DNA of 48,222 nucleotides, taken from NCBI GenBank assembly GCA_000708835.1, contig DF237471.1, forward strand, positions 1-48,222, in the 5' to 3' direction. The notes under the pieces are model-generated. The model was not told the DNA's origin. It did no database searches and saw nothing but the letters and a program-made list of their open reading frames with translations. This DNA comes from Klebsormidium nitens (taxonomy: Eukaryota; Plantae; Klebsormidiophyceae). A program made the translations under genes and the position numbers. Position 1 is the stretch's first letter. Each line of letters begins with the position of its first letter. Below are positions 12,659 through 22,870 of the stretch, in pieces.

Positions 12659-12731
12659 GGGTAAGGAAAATAACGCCACTGGTGAAGCATCGATGCTTCA
12701 CTCTTGAGTTTGCCCTTCGAAGTCTGAGCCT
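12659..12731 (+). ncRNA. K-turn module (palindromic-core family)
   Basis: GGGT-AAG-GAAA ... CTGA-GCCT; 20-bp palindrome GTGAAGCATCGATGCTTCAC at 12682-12701. Confidence 0.6.
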
Positions 12732-13818
12732 CCCGCGGGCCTTGTCTTACCAATTCGCTTCGGACAGTACCGTGCTTCACTTTGAAGCGGATTGAAGCCT
12801 GCTGCGTTGAGAAGGAAAATTGTGATAATAGGTTGATCAAAATGGTACTGGTGAAGCCGAATTCTACTAGATATCTCTGAAGAAGTGCTACCAAGCCTGC
12901 CAGGGGCAAAGGAGGATCTCTCAAGTGATGGCCTTAGTGGCGCCGTAAAGTGAATGTTGGCGAAGAACTCCGAGCGGGCCTCTTATCTAGTAGCGACTAC
13001 CCTCCAGCCCATCAATTCGAAATTAACAAACGAATCGTGTGGCATCAACTTTAAAAAGGGCCGTTCGTTGCTTGAAAAACGTGCATGCCTCGAGATTTCT
13101 GAAGGCTTACTAATTTTAAGGGCTTTGGTTTGTGATAACCTAACGCCAAAGGGTCGCTTTGATCCGCGTCAGCTCTGCCTTCTGTTCGATCCTACAAATT
13201 AAAATTGCTAGTGATATTACGTTGCATGACTGCTATTAGTGATGCTGCTGATTGATAGTCGTCCGAAATAAGGTTTCCTGTGCGCGTCCGGCTAGCGCTA
13301 CGTGGGCGCTTGGGGTTTCCGCTAAAATGTTTCTTGGTTTGCAACAATGAAGCCCGGTATTACTGGCCGCGGGCCGAGTTGATGGGTCAAGCTGACTGTA
13401 AAACTTAAGCAAGACGGCAGAGATTGCTTCTAGCATGGCGCTATGGCTGCCGCCATCAAGCGCGTAGATGTATGCGCCGTTGCTGAGGTCCAACTTGAAG
13501 GGGTAAATTTGTGCCATTTTGAGGGGGTTCCGGGGTTTTGCTATCAATTCTGAAGGCCTGTGTAGATCACGTACAATGTCGCGACTCAGACGACTTTTAT
13601 GTTAGTTGAACGGAATGCAGTTCAAAGAGATACCTGCTTCAGTACGGTTCCATCCTTGAGTATTCCCCTCGTGGAATCCCCAAATCAACTCAAAGAGGTC
13701 TGATTTACCAGGATATAGCACGTTGTGCCAAATACATGTAAAGGGGCTTCCAGGATAACCCGTTTCGATTTTTGCCAGATACCTTATAAAGAAAACTTGG
13801 GGAGATCGTGGTCAAGCC

Positions 13819-13914
13819 TTGTCAAGGATGAGTCTGACGTGGTGCCTCTGTCACCAAATGCGTAAAAATCTTTCGTAGCTGCCATTAGTCTTCTAGCTAC
13901 AAGTTCTGGATCAT
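13819..13914 (+). ncRNA. Decayed paralog of module 45341
   Basis: GTC-AAGGATGA-GTCTGA.. near-identical 5' half; terminal stem lost. Confidence 0.35.
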
Positions 13915-14201
13915 CATGACACTCCTTCAATCCAAAACGGACCTTCCACGCCCGGGGTTCAAGTACAGATCGGAAGAGCGCCTTTCGTCCGTCCGTCAGC
14001 CGTATCTCCTTTAATCTGCTCGCGCAAGAGACGAAAATTCTGCCGTTTTCCCATGTCTTGTCCAAGTCAAGCTCAAAACAAAGGCCTTCGTCTATCCACT
14101 CAACTCCAGACCGTGTTCAAAATCTTGATCGCCCTCCCGACCCCTAGACTTCATAGCAGGGAAGCGGACACGTGCAGGAGCGTCAAAGGTAGACGTTGCC
14201 A

Positions 14202-14261
14202 GTGCCAAGGATTTACTACTTCTTGGCGTCAGATGCTTCGCCAGGGGTTCTCTTGAGCCGT
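14202..14261 (+). ncRNA. Degenerate K-turn module
   Basis: GTGCC-AAG-GATT ... TTGA-GCCG; internal CTTGGCG/CGCCAGG. Confidence 0.35.
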
Positions 14262-15306
14262 CAATTGCCTTGAAACCATCCAAGCCCCTCAATGGCCAGT
14301 CTCAGGACGTTTCCTTTGTTGCGGTACCTCTTTTATCTGGCTATATATGCACTACGGAGCTCGCATAAGCCAGGCTTGATCTTTCTTCCTTTGCTGCTGT
14401 AGCGTAAATATCTTCGAGTAGCTTGATCGACTTGTCCGCCCATTCACGCGTCCGCTGATCCTTCAGTCCGTCCGTTTCCATCGTTCGCTCCGCTCGGTCC
14501 TTTTGTCCGCGCTCTCCCCGTCCATTCCGTCCCGGAGAAGCGGAAAAACGTAAGATCTAATCTGAACCGTTCAAGGCAATCTTGAAAGTACTTGACGGGA
14601 ATCATACAGTGCCAAACGTAACCTTCAAGTCTTGAACATTCAGCGGGTAATTCGGGTCCAGATTGCGAAACGTACACTAGTAGGCGTGCCGATTTTCTCC
14701 GGAATTTTCCTTGCGCGAATCCGGTTTCGCTTCTTCAACACAAATTTCACTTTCGAAGTCAGTTGACGTCCAACTCCACCTTGCCACGTGTACGCGGTCA
14801 CGAATATTCTTTTTCTTTGCCAAGTTGAGTCACGTTCTGCTTCATCGAGTCTAGCTTCCGCGTCCAGAAATTCTCCCCGCTTTCAGTACCACTGGCAGGT
14901 TTCCGCTTGTTTCCGCTGTTTTCTAGCTCAATTCTGTGAACTTCTATCGTCTCGGTCCGCGCTTTGACGCGTTTGCAGAATGCACGTAAAGTGTTAGTTG
15001 CGGCGGCGTACAGGTTCCAGGTGTTCGCTTCAGGATTTTGGCAGATTCTTCGATTTTAACCTTGTTGCTTCCATCGAAACAACAAGAGGTAATGGATGCG
15101 GTGTGGCGCTGGCCACTCGATGAAATATCTACACACTTTTAGATTTTTCGACTTTCTTCATGCCAGCTTATCTGAAGCTAGCTTCAGGACATGGCGCACT
15201 GCGTTCTCGATTCCGTTTGCTTCATGTCAATCGTGTCGGTTCCTGCGCGGTTTCGCCCATTTGAATGCACTGGCAGTTGCGGCTTCTGTTTGAATCAAGT
15301 CGTCTT

Positions 15307-15386
15307 ACAGCCAGGATGAGCCGACACCACAGCTTCCAAATCAAAGTGACCTTCAAAGATGTTCACGGATGATGTCCCGGAGCTGT
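15307..15386 (+). ncRNA. K-turn module with distinct stem
   Basis: ACAGC-CAG-GATGA ... CGGA-GCTGT; fully compensated 5-bp stem. Confidence 0.55.
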
Positions 15387-15517
15387 GAGCTAGCTTGAAA
15401 CCGGATGGCAAGCAATTAACTTTGTTTAGTCAAAAAGTCTAAGAGTGGTAGCAACCTGAACTTAGCGCTCATTTTCCTGGCCGGAGCGTCGCTGTCTGTC
15501 CGGAGCTTGTCTGCAAT

Positions 15518-15588
15518 GTGGCAAGGACTTTCCGAGAAGTGGCGCCAGGTTTTGGGCCAAAGCTCGGTGTGCAGAGTTTTGGAGCCAC
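15518..15588 (+). ncRNA. K-turn module
   Basis: GTGGC-AAG-GACT ... TGGA-GCCAC; internal CCGAG/CTCGG, TGGC/GCCA. Confidence 0.7.
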
Positions 15589-15659
15589 TCACCTTAGTCC
15601 TTATCCCAAACGCTCGAGCCATTGCCATCCGCCCTGTCAATCTGTTCCGCAGGGTTTGT

Positions 15660-15830
15660 TCGCCGGTCCCTTTCTGTTTTCTATCATCGCTTCCTTTTCC
15701 CTCCACAACGCCGGCCTTCCCTCGGTATGTCCGTCTAACACGTTGCATCTAAAGTTTCCGTCCGTCCGCTGTGCTGTTCGTTCAATGTGCCTTCAGTTAT
15801 CGCGCCTTTCTGAATCCTGTTCACTGCGCT
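15660..15830 (+). repeat. CCGT-rich pyrimidine tract
   Basis: TTCCGTCCGTCCG etc. Confidence 0.5.
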
Positions 15831-15929
15831 CCGCCGCCCAGATTCGCGGTCTTTCTTTGAATCCTGACTAGCTTGAAATTATGACGGCAGCTCATCTCTC
15901 CCGACTTCCAACCCGTCAAACGGTTTGGT

Positions 15930-16090
15930 AGACGCGTGCACGTGTCGGGCCACGCGGCCGGCTGCCGCGTCGGAAAGCGTGTTTAGGCTGCCAGCTGGGG
16001 GTGCCGGTTTCTTCTGCAACCGGCCGCGTTCCCAACCGCGCCGTGCGATGAGCCGCTCAAGTGTTTTCCCGCGCATTGAAACAAGTCGCG
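15930..16090. promoter_or_regulatory. GC-rich promoter-like island
   Basis: CACGTG, CACGCGGCCGGC at 15951, CG-dense. Confidence 0.35.
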
Positions 16091-16968
16091 GCACGCGATA
16101 ATGAGCAGACAGAGTCTAGAAATGATGCTTTAACAGACTGCAGAATCCACTTGGAGTGCGTTTGGTCGGAACGGGCTTCATGGAGCGACGTCCGTGGCCC
16201 AGATGGGTTTCAGTATGTATGGATGTTTACGTCAGGGAAACTTGTGTGCACAGCCGAGCTTAGTCTTGAGGGGGCTAGCAGTTCCTGACGTACGACGTAC
16301 TATGTACGCTCATTCTCATGCTGTTGTCGGACGGGTTAACATATTGGACGGGTCCAGCATAGGAAAACATATAGTCGCTTCGTTGCTTGGTCATCGATCA
16401 GCGCAATTGCCGTGTACACTCAAGCTTCTTTAGTACGAGCGCTGCGACGTATTTTTGGCGTAGCAGCATTAATGCCTTGCATAGAAGATTGGGGCCGAGC
16501 AGAAGAATTAAAGATCTCTGCCAGCCGTGCATTAGCGGAATCAATTTAGAAAGCTAAAAGCCGTCGGTTTGTTTTCAAACCTGACTGATGGGAGTCATGT
16601 ATTGAACCGGAGCCGAGGCGCCGATGCCTTGGTACGAGTCCGCCAAGTCCGCACACTTGTTCGATGTGGAGAACCATATTGATTCGTTGTCGCTTTAGGA
16701 ATCTCGTCGATCTTTCCTTGCACCCAATGTGAGATTGCTACACTGCCTGGATATAGCACGAACTATGGGGTTTAGCTCATCTTCTATTCTTTCGTGGTGC
16801 GTTTAATAGTCCTGGGCTAAGGCCCCGGGCCACTCCACGATTGTAATTTGGTCAGTCGATTGAATTAATACCTTTCTGATTACTTTCCTTACTCCTGGGG
16901 TTTTAGATTTCTACTAGTCCTTGATGGTTGTGCCTCACTCGTTTGAAATCTCAGACATTCCATCAATG

Positions 16969-17036
16969 ACGGCTGTGACATAAATCTTTTGAGGACGGGC
17001 GCCTCTCATTAGCTGGTTGCCTTGAGCTGATGCCAT
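16969..17036 (+). ncRNA. K-turn module
   Basis: CGGC-TGT-GACA ... CTGA-T-GCCA; paralog of 5991 and 3250. Confidence 0.5.
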
Positions 17037-17255
17037 CCCGGTCGACACAGTAGATATTAGCCCTCCCAATTTTGTGCCTTTGGCACGATTGAATGGAGTG
17101 TGGGCGTTGCTAGAGACTGCTGGAAGTACTAGAGCTTTTCAGCGGACTACAAATTGCAAGGGTCCAGGAAATGGATCATCGCAACCTCGAGAATTGGCAA
17201 CGGTCCTCGTTTTAACCCTCCGGTAGGTGCCAGTGATCCGCAACGGAAAGACCAA

Positions 17256-17339
17256 ATGGCAGGGCGGATCAAGCATCAAATTGCCTTGGCTGATTCCACA
17301 CTGCCAAGATCTGTCCAGTCTTCGTTCATTCTGAGCCAC
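17256..17339 (+). ncRNA. K-turn module
   Basis: TGGC-AGG-GCGG ... CTGA-GCCA; internal CTTGGC/GCCAAG. Confidence 0.55.
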
Positions 17340-17604
17340 CTTGTTAACAACGAGGGCTGATATTGCAGCCTCCGCCTTTGAAGCATGTTCCTTCAATCCT
17401 GGATTCGAGTAACCGCTGCGGTATGTGCCTCTTCAAGCTTGCAGACGCAAATCGTTTTCCGCAAACCTTCCTTTGTTGCGTGCGCAAGGCAACCAGGGGC
17501 TCTCACGTGTTCTGCGTCTCGTTATTCCGGGGGAACTTTTGCTTTTTCCTCGTCCTTCCAAAGTGTTTGCATCTGACGATTTCACCTCTGTCAGTGACGG
17601 GCAG

Positions 17605-17651
17605 GGGGCAAGGAATCACGAATCACTTGGTCTCCTAAAAGTGCGAGCCAA
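17605..17651 (+). ncRNA. Short candidate module
   Basis: GGC-AAG-GAAT ... GCGA-GCC; internal CACTT/AAGTG. Confidence 0.35.
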
Positions 17652-17809
17652 GCTGCGGGTACCCATCGGGACTTGTGGAAAGCCACCCTCAGGAAGTTCT
17701 TCTTTATGATTTTGCTCCTTCAAGTTTCTACACAAAATTGAAAGAAACCTTAGAAGATGATAACAGCAACGGGGAAGAAAAGGTTCCAGGTTTTGTCCTG
17801 ATGATTCTG

Positions 17810-17878
17810 GTGGCAATGAAGGAACTTGATGAATGGTGCACTCCGTGCGCCATGAGCTGAGAGCAAACTCCGAGCCAT
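17810..17878 (+). ncRNA. K-turn module
   Basis: GTGGC-AAT-GAAG ... CCGA-GCCAT; internal TGGTGCA/TGCGCCA. Confidence 0.7.
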
Positions 17879-18099
17879 GCTTATCCGGTACTCGGCTACA
17901 TTTCAGCTCTGCATGTAGTTTACCTTCGTCATCTTTTTAACGTCGTCAATTGCTGTTAGGTAGCGCGAACTTGTTTCGGCGGCCTAAGAGCGTCGCATTT
18001 ATTGGTAAGTATCGAAGGAACAGAGATGGCCATATCATTCGCTGCAATTGATAGAATCCATTGTGACGTGGCGCGGTTTGGCTTAAGGACTCAAGGTTA

Positions 18100-18650
18100 C
18101 AGCTTTCGCGGCCGCGTTGCGCGTGCCCTCGCGGGGTGTGAGTTGCTAACTCGCCCCGCGGCTTTCTGCGGCTGCGGTGTGCGCCAGGGATATTCTCATT
18201 GAGATCGATAGGTGCATGTGCTGATTTCCGCCCGCGATCCACTGGCGGGCGGAGGTCTTTTCATGCGAGTGCAAGTGGCCTTGTCTTTCGTCGCAAAGGT
18301 GAAGGGGGAGCATCTCGCAGTCGCTGTGCGCGCGCGCTCGCTGCCTCTATGAACCTGTAATACACGCAAGTGTGCGCGCGCGACACCCGGGTAAGATGCC
18401 TTAAGTTCGTAGGGAAACTTTCTTTCCGCACGCACTCGCGCGCATTGCCGGCCTCCTTTTGGAACTTTCCTTTCTTTCAAACCGCTTCCTGATTGTGGAC
18501 CGCCATTGTAAACCGCCCTCAAATTCTAATTCTATATCAATCCCAAACGTGGAGAGCGCTTGTTGGACGGAGGCAGCTCAGCCGTGGCAAAGATTTCTGC
18601 TAAGGTGGCGCGCTGGTTTGCGATACCGCCCGTCCGCTGACTTCTCCTCT
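18100..18650. promoter_or_regulatory. GC-rich promoter-like module, copy 2
   Basis: CG-dense; homologous to 19545-20050 and 10575-10860. Confidence 0.45.
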
Positions 18651-18845
18651 CCATGCATCTGCTCCAATCTATTGCCCAGAACGTACTTCGAGCAAATGAC
18701 ACGCGCGTCTTTACTTTGGTCTACGCCTTGTCTACGCGCTTTTCTCATAACTCGGATGAGTCAGATGGATCTCCCGGTAAGTTCCGTGGGCCGGGGAAGG
18801 TTCAAGGTCGTCTAATCGTTTGGTAGATGAATCGATGGAAACGCC

Positions 18846-18931
18846 AGGTGGCAAGGGGGATGAAGCATTGCCTTGGCAATTTCACACTGTTCGACAAATG
18901 GTGTTGATTCTGCGTTCAATTTGAGCCACCT
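18846..18931 (+). ncRNA. K-turn module (2b mutated)
   Basis: AGGTGGC-AAG-GGGG ... TTGA-GCCACCT; 7-bp stem. Confidence 0.55.
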
Positions 18932-19456
18932 TGATTATTGAGCTTTTCTTCACCTGGTTGGCAGCTTCAAGTTCCGCCTTCCAAACGTGTATCAAATAGA
19001 TTAGGTCTGTGTTTCTCTGTATTCGCTGCGGCAACCACTGCGGTATGCTTCTCGACTAATTTAGGCTTGCAAACGTACGGACCCCGTTTTGCGCAAGCCT
19101 ACTTCAGAGTTTCCTCGATCCATAAAAGGTTATACGAGTTCTGCGAAAACTCTTCCGGCCTGTGCTGACACCAGGAAAGCATATTTCTCTTTCAAATCCA
19201 TCTGGTGTTCTCATCTGAGGATATTGAGGAAATCTCGCTTTTCTACTGCGGGCAGGGGGAGAGGACGGACACTCGGTCGCCTAAAAGTGCCAGCCAGCTG
19301 CGGGTCAACATCGCGTGCGGAGAGCCACCCTCAAGGCTTTCTGATCCATGCTTTTGTTCCCTATCTCCCTACTGATGATCCGGAACGTCTTTATGAAAAA
19401 CGTAGATAATAGTATTCTGACACCAGAGCTTTTTATTTCGTTTTCTGAAGATTCTA

Positions 19457-19532
19457 GCGGCAATGAAGGAACTTCTTGAATGGGTGGATTTCGAGAGCCA
19501 TGCAAAACCTGAGCACGGAGATCCCGAGCCAT
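19457..19532 (+). ncRNA. K-turn module
   Basis: GCGGC-AAT-GAAG ... CCGA-GCCAT; paralog of 17810. Confidence 0.6.
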
Positions 19533-19544
19533 TTTCATTTGCAG

Positions 19545-20050
19545 CGGCGCGGGGCCAGATTGCCGCCAATGCGCCCCGCGGCTTTCCGCGGCTGCGGTGT
19601 GCGCGCGGGGTATCCTCCTTGAGATCCATGAATGAGCTGATCTCAGCCCGCAAACCACGGGCGTGCAGAGTGTCTATTTTGTCACTGCCAGTGGCCTTGT
19701 CTTTGTCGTAAAGTAGGAGGGGCAGCATCCCGCGCCGGCTGCGCGTGTGCGCGCGCTACCTCTATTTCCCTCTTTTCTTCCAATATACGCAAGTTGGCGC
19801 GCGCGCGGGCGCCCAGAAAGATGCCCCGCCTCTCTTCAAACGAACCCTTCTTTGTCCCACACTTAAGCGTGCGAACGCGCGAGTTGCCGGCCGCCTTTGG
19901 GAACGTTCCTATGATGCTGATGAACCGCCCTTAACCGGTTGATTTGGAGCAGACCCAAACCTGGAGAGCGCCTGTTGGTCGGAGCTGGCAGCTCAGCCGT
20001 ACGCGTGGCAAAGATGTGCGCTAAGCTGGCGCGACGTTAGTTCGTGACAA
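19545..20050. promoter_or_regulatory. GC-rich promoter-like module, copy 3
   Basis: Homologous to 18100-18650. Confidence 0.45.
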
Positions 20051-20409
20051 CAATAGTTCCGGATTCTGAAGTCGAGGCAAATCAGCGGCTCGTGCAATGC
20101 CAGTGGCGGGTTTGTATTTCAAGAAGTGTGCTAAGTTGGACACAGTTGCGGGGGTATCACATCGGATGTCTGTGTTGAGATCCGTGTTTGTTTTTTCTTC
20201 GAATTGTCAATATGATTTAACTGGGCACCTTCGCGAATCATCGAGTACAATTCCCAAAAGGGACGCGTGCTCTTTCATTCACTTTTTCCCTAAGAAAGAT
20301 AGCGTACGACTGAGCTGGAACAGGTTTTTCAAGCCTGTGAGTATTTCAGAGCTACCTATCACTTGAAGTGATTGCAGCCATAATCGAGTTCTTCAAGTGC
20401 ACTAAACCC

Positions 20410-20442
20410 GAGAGGCGGCGACAAGCTTCTTATCCGCCTCTC
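20410..20442. other. Perfect 9-bp hairpin
   Basis: GAGAGGCGG / CCGCCTCTC. Confidence 0.6.
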
Positions 20443-20634
20443 TTTTGCACTACGGAGTCCAATTTAACGTCCTAGAGACTCGCCCCAGCAACTACGTCTT
20501 GTGCTGCTTGCAGTGTCCTCAATCAATGTCTCTAAGCATATGGTATCGCTTACTGATTTGCATTCACTTTTGAATTCATATCCTTTCAACTTTGTGTAAT
20601 CTTTTCAGAGCTTACTGCTCGGAGGTGTCTCGTT

Positions 20635-20704
20635 CCGGCGAGGAGGTCCCCAAGTGGTGTAAAGTGTGCCACAGGTACTTGTCTCGACGCTGACTCGGAG
20701 CCAT
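20635..20704 (+). ncRNA. K-turn module
   Basis: GGC-GAG-GAGG ... CGGA-GCC; paralog of 11491. Confidence 0.45.
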
Positions 20705-20821
20705 CATGAAATACTCGATTGAAAAACAAGCCACGAAATCAGGAGCGCCTCCACTGACAGAAAATGTTTAGATTTGAAAGAACGGGTTTGAAGATGCACC
20801 CCTTCTGGCATGACAGATTTC

Positions 20822-20909
20822 GCGGGCAAGGACGCCTTGGCGGGTACTGGGGCTGGTAATATTCCAAGCCGAAAATAGCTGGACAACAGTGTGGCCCAAA
20901 TGAGCTGGC
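20822..20909 (+). ncRNA. K-turn module
   Basis: GCGGGC-AAG-GACG ... ATGA-GCTGGC; internal CTTGG/CCAAG. Confidence 0.5.
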
Positions 20910-21220
20910 CAGCTATATATATATAGTTGCCTATAATGAGACAAGTACTTTCTCTTTCGGCTTACCGTACTGTCTTGGCAGGCTTGAGATACCTGATCAG
21001 ATGATCAGACGCCCGTACAGTGATTTGCGAACAACAAAATTGAGGACCCGGATTACGATTGCAGGTCGTAGAACGACTTTAAGCCTGGTTTCGACTGGGA
21101 AGTCCGCGGTCGCAATTGGCAGAAATTGGCTCCTGCGCATAGCGTTTTGAGGCTGGATCATGCACAAGCGGTTGGAGTGTGATAGTATTGCTTTATTGCA
21201 TCTAGCAGCCGATCGAAGCT

Positions 21221-21296
21221 TGTGGCAAAGACTAATTAACAGGCTCACGATTGCCACATGTCGCTCCTGGCACCAGTTAGCCTTTTTTGAGCCACA
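21221..21296 (+). ncRNA. K-turn module
   Basis: TGTGGC-AAA-GACT ... TTGA-GCCACA. Confidence 0.7.
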
Positions 21297-21520
21297 TACT
21301 TATGCATGTCCCGGGCTATTGGTTTTTACGGAAACCATTTCTATAGCATCAGACCGTGAACCTGCGGATCGTTTCTCCAGACTGTTCTCATTTGATCCTG
21401 TATCTAGGTACTATACTAGTTATCCACTCTGTCCGTCCATCCAACAATCAATCTGCTGTTTCCGTCGAGTTTCGACGTCTTGTGACTTGTTAAGTATAAG
21501 AGTCTGGAGGTATCTCAGGT

Positions 21521-21592
21521 CTGGCAAGGTGGACGTGTCCAAGTGGCGCTGAATGGGCCACACGCGGCCTCTGTTGCTAGAGCCTGAGCCAT
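21521..21592 (+). ncRNA. K-turn module (2b mutated)
   Basis: TGGC-AAG-GTGGACG ... CTGA-GCCA; internal GTGGC/GCCAC. Confidence 0.5.
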
Positions 21593-21725
21593 ATGCGTCA
21601 CTGAGAAACACGTGATCACGTGAACACTCAGAGCGGCTTCACTGACACGAGAATTTGACGTCAGCATCGAAAGAATGGCTCGAAGTTGAAGTCGAACTTG
21701 AAATTTCACTCATGACAGCTTGTCT

Positions 21726-21810
21726 GCGTGGCAAGGACGTCTCGATAAGTACGGGGCTAGTGCAATCAAAGCCAGAAGCAACTCGAGACTGAGACCCAAA
21801 TGAGCCATGC
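21726..21810 (+). ncRNA. K-turn module with two possible D ends
   Basis: GCGTGGC-AAG-GACG-TCTCGA ... TCGAGA-CTGA ... ATGA-GCCATGC. Confidence 0.7.
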
Positions 21811-21850
21811 AAAAAGTAGCTCTGACAGTTCACTTTTGTGTCTTCTTACT

Positions 21851-21887
21851 GTTCAAGGTTCAAGGTTCAAGGTTTTGTTCAAGGTTC
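21851..21887. repeat. (GTTCAAG)n heptamer repeat
   Basis: Three tandem copies plus one spaced copy. Confidence 0.85.
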
Positions 21888-22118
21888 TTGTGCTTGCGCA
21901 TGATAGGATTCGTGTAACGCCGGTACAGTTGCATGTTGCAACAATAAGCCGAGGACCCGAATCAAGAATGGTAATGAACCGACTTTGAAGCTGGTTCCGA
22001 CTACGAAATCATCTGTCGAGAAATAGCTAGAGAGGTGGGCTAGTGCTTAGCGTTGTACTCCTAGCTGCAATCGGGTTCGGGTGTGGGACTTTATGCATCT
22101 AGCACCTTGATTAAGTTC

Positions 22119-22188
22119 GTGGCAAGGAGTACCCGACAGTATTGACACGTGTCGCTCCTGGCACCATATTCTTCAATTCTTGAGCCAC
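22119..22188 (+). ncRNA. K-turn module
   Basis: GTGGC-AAG-GAGT ... TTGA-GCCAC. Confidence 0.7.
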
Positions 22189-22329
22189 ATAAATATGTCC
22201 CGGCCCGGGCCGCCGAGTCGGAGGAAAAACCACATGTGAGCATCAGACCGTGTACCTGCCGTTCTTATTTCCAAGCGCTTTTTAGTTCGATCCCGTATCC
22301 TCATGCACCCGCATGCAGCACACATCAGT

Positions 22330-22870
22330 TTCCCCGTCTTCCGCCGCTTATAATCGTCTTTCGACGACGGTCGTCCCGGGAGCTCTTAGGTTGCTCAACC
22401 CGGGTTTCCCGTTACGCCTTCTTTCCGGTTAACCCGTCCGCTCTCGTGTCCGGGTCCAGTACCGGCTTCCGTCTGTTGGTCAGTCCTTTCCCTTGCCAGA
22501 ATCTTCACGGTTCTGTACTCCGGGGTACCATGTTCGTCTTCTTCGTTCCACTGTCCCGAGCTGCATGTCCTCGCTTTCCCTGTCTAGCCGTCCGCTCTGT
22601 TTTCCGTCCATTACCGTTCCCGGCCCGGCGGCCGTCCGTTGTTTGGTTCGTTTAACCATTCTGTCCTCGTCTCCGTTCTCTAGTGCAAATCCCTCTAGTT
22701 ACCAGGTGTCACTTGTTCCGCGCCGTAGTTCCTTCGTACGTTGACCTGTTCCGCTTTCTATTCGTCCGTCTCCACTTCCGTGGGCTCGTTTTAAGTTTAC
22801 CAGCCCTTCCGCTGCTTGAGTCGTCCGCAAGTCGACTGGTTGTCAGCTTTCGGTCCGTCTGGTTCCAGGT
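22330..22870 (+). repeat. CCGT-rich pyrimidine tract
   Basis: Long A-poor tract of TTCCG/CCGTC/GTTCC words. Confidence 0.6.

Larger units (their letters stand above)
12040..14300 (+). repeat. Segmental duplicate of ~43600-45800 (12040-12950 also of ~41750-42680)
   Basis: GAGCTCTGAGCCAT, TGAGTGGGCAAGCAC, GGTGAAGCATCGATGCTTCA, CAAGGATGAGTCTGA.TGGTGCCTCTGTCACCAAATGC shared. Confidence 0.8.
17190..20050 (+). repeat. Tandem duplication (~17190-18650 vs ~18800-20050)
   Basis: Same order of modules and GC island; shared CCCCGCGGCTTTC.GCGGCTGCGGTGTGCGC, GTGGCCTTGTCTTT.GTCG, GCCTAAAAGTGC-like words. Confidence 0.8.
21000..22400 (+). repeat. Tandem duplication (~21000-21470 vs ~21920-22350)
   Basis: GAGGACCCG, GACTTT.AAG.CTGGTT.CGACT, ATGCATCTAGCA-like, TGTCGCTCCTGGCACCA, CATCAGACCGTG shared. 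Confidence 0.75.

Noticed and set aside
14778-14791. - strand C-like header (reverse complement of GTGGCAAGG)
   Set aside because: No matching D end at the expected distance.
14798-15055. Stop-free - strand frame (85 codons, ...SGENFWTRKL...) with a similar NFWT stretch near 6370
   Set aside because: No start codon, length unremarkable at this GC content, and the frame is not kept in related segments.
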